From Phycisphaerae bacterium (GTDB lineage Bacteria > Planctomycetota > Phycisphaerae > UBA1845 > Fen-1342), in assembly GCA_963675745.2 (NCBI GenBank), contig CAXXWX010000019.1, positions 288,001 to 352,000 on the forward strand: a stretch of DNA of 64,000 bases, written 5' to 3'. The notes under the pieces were generated by a model, which made no database searches, was not told the origin of the DNA, and was given only the letters and a program-made list of their open reading frames with translations. A program made the translations under genes and the position numbers. Of this stretch, positions 29,479-37,479 are shown piece after piece (position 1 is the stretch's first letter; each line of letters starts with the position of its first letter).

Positions 29479-30603
29479 ATGAGTTCGTTGGTTTGCGTTC
29501 ATGGCGTGCCGGACATCACACAGGAGATGATACCGGACTTTCGTCTTACCCCGGAGACTGCTGACCGCGCGGCGCTGCTCACCGCCATCGGGAGCGTCGA
29601 TCTGGTAGCCGTCATACTGGACATTGACACACCGACCGCCTTTTCGCTGATCGTTGCGATCCGCGAACTGAAGCCGCAACTGGCGATTATCGGCGTAACG
29701 GCGAAAAATGACGCCAAGCACGTCATCGAGGCCTCGCGCAACGGCTGTAGCCAGGTCACGACGCGCCCGATCGACCCGAATGACCTCACAATCGCTCTGC
29801 GCCGGGCTCTCGGAACCCACCTGGGAAGCGAACAGTCCGCCCAGACGATCGCTCTACTGGGCACGCGCGGCGGCTCCGGCTGTACGCTGCTCGCCTGCCA
29901 CATCGGCGTCGAGTTGGCGGTAGCTTCTAGAGAACCCACAGCGCTTTTCGACCTCGACCTGGAGTTTGGCGGCGTGGCCCAGGCGTTTGACATCGAGCCC
30001 AAGTTCACCATCGCGGACCTCGCCCAGGTTGGTGAGCCGGACGCCATCGTCTTCAAGAAGGCCGGCCATCAGGTCATCAACAATCTGCACATGTTTGCGC
30101 GCCCTCATGAAATCAACGAGGCGCACGCGCTCAATGAAGTGGCCATGGCCCAGGTGCTCAATGCCGCCCGCGGGCTGTACAAGCATCTCGTGATCGACTT
30201 GCCGCCTTACCTGACTCCCGTCACAGGCGTCGCGATCGAACGGAGTGACCGGCTGTTGGTAGTTGTCCAGTTGACCGTTCCGAGTCTGACCAACGCCGGA
30301 CGCCTGTTGGATGCCTTACACCATGAAGGCGTCAACGAAGACCGCATCGACATAGTCGTCAACCGCTACAAGAAAGGTACACATCGCTGCTCGATCGAGA
30401 TGGTCGAGGAGAAACTCGGTCGGCAAGTGCTCGCCATTGTGCCCAGTGACTACCAGGCCGTACGCATCGCAACCGACAGCGGCCGGCTGTTGCCCGAACG
30501 CAACCCGGTGCGCACGGCGATCCGCGAACTGGCCGGCAAACTGAGCGGTGAGCGGCGCGAGGTGCCCAAGGGCTGGCTGTCAAAGCTCGGCCTGGGGCGC
30601 TGA
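29479..30603 (+). CDS. CpaE/TadZ-like pilus localisation protein (receiver-like domain plus degenerate MinD/ParA ATPase)
   Basis: Receiver-like N-terminus; deviant Walker A GTRGGSGCT; DLDLEFG; VIDLP; VVNR; PSDY. Confidence 0.8.
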   Translation: MSSLVCVHGVPDITQEMIPDFRLTPETADRAALLTAIGSVDLVAVILDIDTPTAFSLIVAIRELKPQLAIIGVTAKNDAKHVIEASRNGCSQVTTRPIDPNDLTIALRRALGTHLGSEQSAQTIALLGTRGGSGCTLLACHIGVELAVASREPTALFDLDLEFGGVAQAFDIEPKFTIADLAQVGEPDAIVFKKAGHQVINNLHMFARPHEINEAHALNEVAMAQVLNAARGLYKHLVIDLPPYLTPVTGVAIERSDRLLVVVQLTVPSLTNAGRLLDALHHEGVNEDRIDIVVNRYKKGTHRCSIEMVEEKLGRQVLAIVPSDYQAVRIATDSGRLLPERNPVRTAIRELAGKLSGERREVPKGWLSKLGLGR

Positions 30604-30814
30604 TTTCCATCCCGCACCCACTGGGGGGCGACGCGCGGATGGCGTGTCGTGGTGACACACGCGCACAGGCGCCAAGCAGGCCGCCACCCGACCCCGTCCA
30701 TCTGACCTCCCGCGCTGCCCAGCTTGCGAGTGGTCGCCAAAGTGCTTATCAATACATAGCCTGCGGTGTCCTCTACAATCCTCGCGACTGCTGTGGTTCC
30801 CCGTGGAGTCAGAC

Positions 30815-32200
30815 ATGGCTGAACATGACCTGGTGATTATCGGTGCCGGCCCCGGCGGATATGTCGCCGCGATCAGGGCCGCCCAACTTGGACTCGACGT
30901 CGCCTGTATCGAGAAGGAGACTCGGCTGGGAGGAACCTGCCTGCGCGTGGGGTGCATCCCCAGCAAGGCGCTGCTTGAGTCCAGCGAGCAGTTTCTCGCC
31001 GCCAGGAACTCGCTCGCCGAGCACGGGGTGCGCGTTACCGGCGTGAAGCTCGATCTCGCGGCGATGATGAAGCGCAAACAGACGATCGTCGACGGTCTGA
31101 CCCAGGGCATCGAGGCGCTGTTCAAGAAAAACAAGGTAACACGTTACCTCGGCCAGGCGACGCTGATAGGGCCGCGGCAACTGGTGGTGCGCGGCGCGGA
31201 CGGCGATCAGGAGTTGGCGGCCGACCGAATCATGATTGCCACAGGCAGCAAAACATCGGGCCTGCCCGGAGTCGAGCTCGATTATGACCGCATTGCAACC
31301 AGCACCGAGGGCCTTTCGTTTGACCAAGTGCCGCGCAAGCTGGTTGTCATTGGCGCCGGCTATATCGGGCTCGAACTCGGGTCGGTGTGGAGTCGGCTCG
31401 GTAGCGAAGTGACCGTGCTCGAATACCTCGACCGAGTCCTGCCGGGCACAGATCTGGAGATTGCCAAGGAAGCGCAGAAGCTGCTAAAACGCCAGGGGCT
31501 GACATTCAAGTTGGGCTGTCGCGTCACGAGTGCCACGCTCAAGGGCAAGAAATGCACGGTGACATGTGAGGGCATAGACCCGATCGAATGTGATCGCGTA
31601 CTGCTGGCGGTCGGCCGCCAGCCAAACACCGACGGATTGGGGCTCGAGAACGTCGGCATCGAGCTCGACCCACGCGGGCGAATACCGGTTGACGAGCATT
31701 TCGCGACGGCAGTACCCGGTATCTTCGCCATCGGAGACGTAATTCGTGGGCCGATGCTCGCCCATAAGGCCGAGGAAGAGGGCGTCGCCTGTGTCGAGCG
31801 GATGGTGCGCGGACACGGACACGTCAATTACGACGCGATTCCAGGGGTGGCGTATACACATCCCGAGATCGCCACGGTGGGCCAAACCGAGGAACAGCTC
31901 AAGGAGTCGGGCACGCCTTACCGCAAGGGTGTTTTCCAGTTTCGCGGGAACGGTCGCGCGCGGGCCCTGGGTGAGATCGACGGAAAGGTCAAGATTCTGG
32001 CGCACGAACAGACGGACCGAATCCTGGGTGTGCATATCATCGGGCCGCGGGCCGGCGACCTGATCGCCGAGGCCGTTACCGCCATCGAGTTCGGCGCCAG
32101 CAGTGAAGACCTCGCGAGAACCTGTCACGCCCATCCGACGCTGGCCGAGTGTCTCAAGGAAGCCGCGCTGGCCGTCAACCAGCAGGCGATCCACATGTAA
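30815..32200 (+). CDS. lpdA: Dihydrolipoyl dehydrogenase (E3)
   Basis: IGAGPGGYVAAIRAAQLG, GGTCLRVGCIPSK, GPMLAHKAEEEG, HAHPTLAE. Confidence 0.97.
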   Translation: MAEHDLVIIGAGPGGYVAAIRAAQLGLDVACIEKETRLGGTCLRVGCIPSKALLESSEQFLAARNSLAEHGVRVTGVKLDLAAMMKRKQTIVDGLTQGIEALFKKNKVTRYLGQATLIGPRQLVVRGADGDQELAADRIMIATGSKTSGLPGVELDYDRIATSTEGLSFDQVPRKLVVIGAGYIGLELGSVWSRLGSEVTVLEYLDRVLPGTDLEIAKEAQKLLKRQGLTFKLGCRVTSATLKGKKCTVTCEGIDPIECDRVLLAVGRQPNTDGLGLENVGIELDPRGRIPVDEHFATAVPGIFAIGDVIRGPMLAHKAEEEGVACVERMVRGHGHVNYDAIPGVAYTHPEIATVGQTEEQLKESGTPYRKGVFQFRGNGRARALGEIDGKVKILAHEQTDRILGVHIIGPRAGDLIAEAVTAIEFGASSEDLARTCHAHPTLAECLKEAALAVNQQAIHM

Positions 32201-32268
32201 GTCCGCGCGGCAAGTGCCGATTCGATTCGTCTTCCCGGCTATCCCGCGCCCGCCGCATGACCGTGCGT

Positions 32269-33258
32269 CTATGACTCGGGCGGTTTCCAGCCATAGGTGA
32301 CGTACTCGCGGTCAAACGTGCCGTCCGCATAGAGATTGACCAGCGCATAGCCCGGCGCGCATTCATAGTAGTCGCCGCGCCACCAGGCTCCGCTCACCGC
32401 GCCGCCACACAGGTACGACGCGCCCAGATAATCAGCGCGGTCAACCAGGTGTATGTGCCCGCTGAGGCACACTTTGACATTACTGTGCTTGTGGAACAGG
32501 TCCTTGATCCGGCGGGCATCGACGTGCATCAACGCGGCCGGCACAACCCACTCGCCCGTCTTCTCCAGATCGCCGTCAAAGAACACGCACACCGACAGGA
32601 TCGGTTCATGCGATAGGAGTAATACCGGCGTGCTCGGATCAGTGGCAGCCAGATCGGAGGCGAGCCACTCGAATTGCTCATCGTCGAGCCGGGCCTCATA
32701 GCCATTGCCGACCGGAAATGTGCTGTCCAGGAAAATGAAGTGCCAGCCGGCCCGATCAAAGCTGCGATACGGCTTCTGCATGCCGAAGATTTCCATGGCC
32801 CACTTCTTGCCGAAACGCGGCTCGTTGCCGGTCGTTTTGGCCTTGGGTTTGTTCAAACCCCACACGTCGTGGTTGCCGATGCAGGACTCGACCGGGAGTG
32901 AGCACTCCGCCTTGAGCATCCGTTTCCACAGATCCCACTGAAGCTGCGTGCGCTGCTCGTCGGCGGCCAGGCTGTCCATGATCGTGTCACCCCCGGTAAA
33001 GATCACATCGGCCTTGTCGGGCTGGCTCTGGACGTGCGCGAGGCAGGCGGCGAAGCCCTCGGGGGCATTCCGTTCCGGCGCGAGATGAATATCCGTCAGA
33101 TGGGCGATGCGCAGCACGCGCTTGCGCGGTGACTTCGCGCCGTCCGATTGGGCCTTGGCGGAAAGCGGCACGCCCAGCGCCGCTGCCGCGGTTGCCACGA
33201 CACCGGTCGTGATGAGTTGCCGGCGAGTTGGGTTTGTTACATTGACTTTGGGGTCCAT
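32269..33258 (-). CDS. Tat-exported metallophosphoesterase (calcineurin-like)
   Basis: TRRQLI twin-arginine signal; DIH, GGD, GNHD, SHEP, GHIH motifs. Confidence 0.9.
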   Translation of the reverse strand: MDPKVNVTNPTRRQLITTGVVATAAAALGVPLSAKAQSDGAKSPRKRVLRIAHLTDIHLAPERNAPEGFAACLAHVQSQPDKADVIFTGGDTIMDSLAADEQRTQLQWDLWKRMLKAECSLPVESCIGNHDVWGLNKPKAKTTGNEPRFGKKWAMEIFGMQKPYRSFDRAGWHFIFLDSTFPVGNGYEARLDDEQFEWLASDLAATDPSTPVLLLSHEPILSVCVFFDGDLEKTGEWVVPAALMHVDARRIKDLFHKHSNVKVCLSGHIHLVDRADYLGASYLCGGAVSGAWWRGDYYECAPGYALVNLYADGTFDREYVTYGWKPPES

Positions 33259-33375
33259 GGCGCTCCCTTCCTGGGCTGTTCAGACCTGTCACGGGTTGGC
33301 GAAGTGACTCGCGTGCATGGTATCCTCTGCGCGGGGCAACTGGCAACTCGGGCCCTATTGCCGCGGGAGACTGTC

Positions 33376-34383
33376 ATGCGAGCGATGGTGTTGGAGAACC
33401 GCGCGTCGATCGAAACATCACCTCTAAAGCTGATCGAGTTGCCTGATCCACAGCCGGGCCCCGGCGAATTACGCGTGCGCGTGCACACCTGTGCCATCTG
33501 TCGGACAGACCTGCATGTGATCGAAGGGGACTTGCCCCGCCAGAAACTGCCGATTGTCCCCGGCCACCAGATTGTCGGCGTAGTTGACGCTGCTGGTCCG
33601 GGCTGCCGGAGGGAGGCCGTCGGTAAACGTGTCGGCGTTGCCTGGCTGCGGCACACGTGCGGTACCTGCCGATTTTGTCAGCGCGGCCACGAAAACCTCT
33701 GCGAGTCGTCACGCTTCACCGGCTATCACGCCGATGGCGGCTATGCCGAGCTGGCGGTCGTGCCTGAGCAGTTCGCCTACGAAATCCCCGACGCGTTCAG
33801 CGACAACGATGCGGCGCCGCTGCTGTGCGCCGGAATCATCGGCTATCGCGCGCTCAAACGTTGCGCTATTCCGCGCGGCGGGCGCCTGGGCTTGTACGGT
33901 TTCGGATCGTCGGCACACGTCGTGATCCAGATTGCGCTGTACCGTGGCTGCGAGGTCCACGTCGTCAGCCGAAATGACAACCATATCGACCTGGCCCGCA
34001 AGATGGGTGCGAGCTGGGCCGGGAAGCGCGCCGAACAAATGCCGGTGAAGGTCGACGCCGCAATCATCTTCGCCCCCGCAGGAGAGCTGGTGCCGACGGC
34101 GCTGGCGCAACTGGAGAAGGGGGGCACGCTCGCACTGGCCGGCATCTACATGACCGACATCCCGCAGATGCAATATGAGCGTCACCTGTTCTATGAGCGC
34201 GACATCCACTCGGTAACCGCCAACACCCGGCTGGACGGGCGCGAGTTGCTGGACGAGGCGGCGGAAATCCCCATCCGCCCGCACGTGACGACCTACCCAC
34301 TGGCCGACGCCAACCGCGCCCTGCAAGACCTGAAGGGTGATCGCATCGATGGCACCGGCGTGCTTAGGGTTAGCGATGGTTGA
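33376..34383 (+). CDS. Zinc-binding alcohol dehydrogenase family protein
   Basis: CRTDLH, PGHQIVG, CGTCRFC...ENLC structural Zn site, LLCAGIIGYRAL, GLYGFG. Confidence 0.93.
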   Translation: MRAMVLENRASIETSPLKLIELPDPQPGPGELRVRVHTCAICRTDLHVIEGDLPRQKLPIVPGHQIVGVVDAAGPGCRREAVGKRVGVAWLRHTCGTCRFCQRGHENLCESSRFTGYHADGGYAELAVVPEQFAYEIPDAFSDNDAAPLLCAGIIGYRALKRCAIPRGGRLGLYGFGSSAHVVIQIALYRGCEVHVVSRNDNHIDLARKMGASWAGKRAEQMPVKVDAAIIFAPAGELVPTALAQLEKGGTLALAGIYMTDIPQMQYERHLFYERDIHSVTANTRLDGRELLDEAAEIPIRPHVTTYPLADANRALQDLKGDRIDGTGVLRVSDG

Positions 34384-34528
34384 CACTTCACCGTCCGGGC
34401 GGTTCTGATGTCGCACCGGTGAATGAGCGAGCCCGCGAGGAGAATCCAGTCCATGCCCTGCCCACGGTGGTCATCGACCAGCCCCAGCCGTCCCGCGCAT
34501 GACCCTGGCTGTCTGGTGTTCCAACCCC

Positions 34529-34707
34529 GTAGCGGCCTGCGCCCCGCAGGCCGCCGGTGCGAGAGGACGCTTCCGTCGGTGTGCCACGGCTCTGTGAGCC
34601 GTGATGCTCGCTCGAAAACCGCACTGCTCAAGAGCAGGGGCACACTTTCTGGGAATGGCCCGCGCCCCGCCGGCCACCACGGTTGTGGGACCGGCTTCCA
34701 GCCGGTC
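34529..34707. repeat. Cluster of three REP-like families, nested arrangement
   Basis: GTAG REP 34529-34553 (+) with partner 34680-34656 (-) enclose the pair GTGCCACGGCTCTGTGAGCCGTG (34581-34603) and CACTGCTCAAGAGCAGGGGCAC (34622-34643); TGTGGGACCGGCTTCCAGCCGGTC follows at 34684-34707. Confidence 0.65.
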
Positions 34708-34764
34708 AAGACGACGGCCGACAAGGGTATCGGTCGCCGCACAGCTCGCCCGCGTGACCGATGC

Positions 34765-36186
34765 ATGTCCCGCACAGTCGGCCGCGCTATCGTCATACTG
34801 GCCCTGGCCGGTCTCGGCGGCTGTCCGCGCTGGCTGCCCGATCCGGGCTTCGTACCCATCAGTGACCACGGTTTTGACGCCGCGGACAACGCCCGTGATT
34901 TCAACGACTATCCCTGGGCCATGGAGTATTTCACGCCGGACGGTGTGGCTGAGGGTCACCTCTACGTCGCGACGGGCAACAGCGTGGTTAACCAGGTGCT
35001 GTGGCAGGTGGGTGTCGATGTCGCGGCCGACCCGCTGTTCCGTCCGGGCGAGATTCGTCGCTACCGCCCCGACCTGGGTCCCAAGACCTGGGAGAAAGTC
35101 TACGACCAGCGCGACACGGATGACGGCCCCGCGTGGCGCTCGTCCGGCTTCCGCGCCATGGCGACCTACACATCCGCCGCAGACGGCGTGACATACCTGT
35201 ACTGCGGCACGTTTGGCGACAACCCGACGTTGCTGCGCAGCCCGAGCGGCGACCCCGGCACCTGGGAGACGGTCTGGTCGCACGACACGCGCGGCTCCAT
35301 CCGTGACCTGGCCCTGCACGACAGCAAGCTGTACGTGGCCGTAACGCACGAGATGCAGTGGCCGATGCTCGTCGGCGAGATCTTCATGACCGACGGAGAC
35401 ACCGTCACTCGCGTCGTGGATGACGGATTCGGCAATCCCTTCAACATCGGCGTGTTCGCGCTGCGGTCGTTTAATGGCTGGCTGTACGCCGGCACGATGA
35501 ACATTGTCCAGGGTTACGAGGTGTGGAAACTCGCCGGCCCCGACGGGCAGGCCACCCCGGTGCCGGTGATCACCGGCGGCGGACCATCACGGGCCAACAT
35601 CGCCGTCACCGAAATGCGCGTCTTCAAAGACAGGCTCTATGTTGCCTCGCTGCTTTTCCTGGGAGTCAACTTCGCGGGCGACACGTTTTGGCGCGGGGCG
35701 GACATGGTGCGCGTCAACGCCGACGACCAGGTGGATATTGTCGTCGGTCCGGGATCGCTCGGCGGCGTGGGCTCGGGCCTCGGCAGCCTGGCCAATGCCT
35801 ATCTCTGGTCGCTCGCCGTCCATCAGGACAAGCTCTACTGCGGCACGTGGGATTCATCCAGCATCGTGCCGGTCGGCGCCGAATACTGGCGGGATATACG
35901 CCGCACCGTCAACCAGGCCCTGGGCGTGCCGGTGTTTCAGAACGACCCCGCGCAGCTTGGCATCAACCTGCTGGACTTCCCGTCGATATACAGCACGATA
36001 GTCGACAACGGCGGTGAATTGTGGTGCTCCGATGACGGCGTGCGCTGGGACCCGGTCTTCACCAACGGCCTTGGTAACTACAACAACTACGGCGTGCGGA
36101 AGATCGTCTCGGCAGGCGATACGCTCTACGTTGGACTATCCAACGTAATCGACGGCTTGGAAGTGTGGATGCGGCGGGAGGAATAG
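34765..36186 (+). CDS. Lipoprotein, predicted beta-propeller, function unknown
   Basis: Lipobox LGGC; repeated LY(V/C/A)GT blades and DGFGN..N motifs. Confidence 0.75.
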   Translation: MSRTVGRAIVILALAGLGGCPRWLPDPGFVPISDHGFDAADNARDFNDYPWAMEYFTPDGVAEGHLYVATGNSVVNQVLWQVGVDVAADPLFRPGEIRRYRPDLGPKTWEKVYDQRDTDDGPAWRSSGFRAMATYTSAADGVTYLYCGTFGDNPTLLRSPSGDPGTWETVWSHDTRGSIRDLALHDSKLYVAVTHEMQWPMLVGEIFMTDGDTVTRVVDDGFGNPFNIGVFALRSFNGWLYAGTMNIVQGYEVWKLAGPDGQATPVPVITGGGPSRANIAVTEMRVFKDRLYVASLLFLGVNFAGDTFWRGADMVRVNADDQVDIVVGPGSLGGVGSGLGSLANAYLWSLAVHQDKLYCGTWDSSSIVPVGAEYWRDIRRTVNQALGVPVFQNDPAQLGINLLDFPSIYSTIVDNGGELWCSDDGVRWDPVFTNGLGNYNNYGVRKIVSAGDTLYVGLSNVIDGLEVWMRREE

Positions 36187-36273
36187 TGGGGGAGGGTTCA
36201 GATGGGAGGGTTTGGGGTTTGGCGTGCATGCCGCCGCGCTATTACTAGACCCTCTCTTCCGAATGGACGACGC

Positions 36274-37065
36274 ATGCCCGAGATCTACCCCAACGTGCTT
36301 ACGCTCGTGCTTTGCGCGCTGATCATGGCCGGCGCGCAGCTCATCTACGCCACCGTTGGGTTTGGCGCCGGCATGTTCGCGGTCGCGCTGCTCGCTCTGG
36401 TTCTGCCCGACCTGGCCGACGCGGTCACGATCTTGTTCGTGCTGACGGCCGTAACAGAGGTCTGGGTGCTGGCTCACGCGTGGCGCTCGGCCCGTTTCTC
36501 GTTGCTGCTCGGCTTGCTGGCGCCGATGGCGTTGGGAATGTGGATCGGCACCCAGTGGCTGGCGAGCGCCGACGTTGCCGGCTTGAAGCGCGTATTGGGC
36601 GTTGTCGTTGCGCTTGCCGGTGTGTGGTTTCTCTATAGCGCGGCGCGCTCCGCAGGCACGCCTGTCGATCCGCCGGCGGCCGGCGTCAAGCGCTCCCGCT
36701 GGAAAGACTGGCTGAGCCTGCCGGCGGGCTTTGCCTCGGGTGTGCTGGGCGGCCTGTTCGGCACTGGCGGACCGCCCGTGATCATCTTCCTCAGGGGTCA
36801 TGGACTCGACAAGGGCGCGTTCCGGGCCACGCTGCTGTGGTATTTCCTGATCATGACCTGCGTGCGGGCCGTGACGTATGTGCGGGCGGGCCTGCTGACA
36901 GGACACGAGGTCATCGCCGCGGCATGGCTCTTGCCGGCGTCCATCGGCGGCATGCTGGCGGGCATGCTGCTGCACCGGCGGCTGGCGGAGCGACATTTCG
37001 CAATCGCAGTGTCGGCGTTGCTGGTGGTTCTCGGCGGAATACTGCTGCTCGGCGCCGGCAAATGA
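36274..37065 (+). CDS. Sulfite exporter TauE/SafE family membrane protein
   Basis: GFGAG, GF.SGVLGGLFGTGGPP, FRATL; multiple TM helices. Confidence 0.88.
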   Translation: MPEIYPNVLTLVLCALIMAGAQLIYATVGFGAGMFAVALLALVLPDLADAVTILFVLTAVTEVWVLAHAWRSARFSLLLGLLAPMALGMWIGTQWLASADVAGLKRVLGVVVALAGVWFLYSAARSAGTPVDPPAAGVKRSRWKDWLSLPAGFASGVLGGLFGTGGPPVIIFLRGHGLDKGAFRATLLWYFLIMTCVRAVTYVRAGLLTGHEVIAAAWLLPASIGGMLAGMLLHRRLAERHFAIAVSALLVVLGGILLLGAGK

Positions 37066-37122
37066 ACCCCCCGGCTCCGAGCAGAACGTCCACTCGCGTC
37101 CGTCAAACCTACTGTGTTCTGT

Positions 37123-37145
37123 GCGTCACGGCTCTGTGAGCCGTG
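37123..37145 (+). repeat. CACGGCTCTGTGAGCCGTG REP-like palindrome
   Basis: Core identical to the copy at 34585-34603. Confidence 0.65.
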
Positions 37146-37157
37146 CTTTCCCAGCGC

Positions 37158-37272
37158 CAACGGTGCCAGAAAATCTTCCTGACACCTTTGCTGTTTTCTG
37201 ACACCTTTGCTGTTTTCAACGGTGCCAGAAAATCTTCCTGACACCTTTGCTGTTTTTGACACCTTTGCTGTT
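37158..37272. repeat. 59-bp tandem duplication built from (A-B-B)x2 units
   Basis: A=CAACGGTGCCAGAAAATCTTC (37158, 37217); B=CTGACACCTTTGCTGTTTT (37179, 37198, 37238, and a variant at 37257). Confidence 0.9.
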
Positions 37273-37274
37273 CC

Positions 37275-37370
37275 CGGACGAAGAAGGAACGGCGTTCGGT
37301 GCTGAATGGGCTGGGGCGTGATGTCACGTATGAGTACGACACGGAGTACGGTTGCGCTTGTGATAGGCAT
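37275..37370 (+). pseudogene. Possible RHS/YD-repeat gene remnant
   Basis: Reads RTKKERRSVLNGLGRDVTYEYDTEY with no start codon; resembles an RHS (GN)RTKK...VTYEYD repeat. Confidence 0.3.
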
Positions 37371-37479
37371 CGCCTTCGTGCGTCGCGTGCGGGCGGGCCA
37401 GGGAAAGACGAGATGCTGTTCAACGTTGTGAAGAGGCCGCTTGACCAGGGCCCGGTCTTGATCGGATAGGCGGAGGACG

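Noticed and set aside
34423..34764. N-terminal extension of the 587-aa ORF
   Set aside because: It runs through REP elements; the lipoprotein signal begins at ATG 34765.
37158..37272. Possible mini CRISPR array
   Set aside because: The intervening sequences are identical rather than unique spacers, the units are 19-21 bp, and there are no cas genes; it is a tandem duplication.
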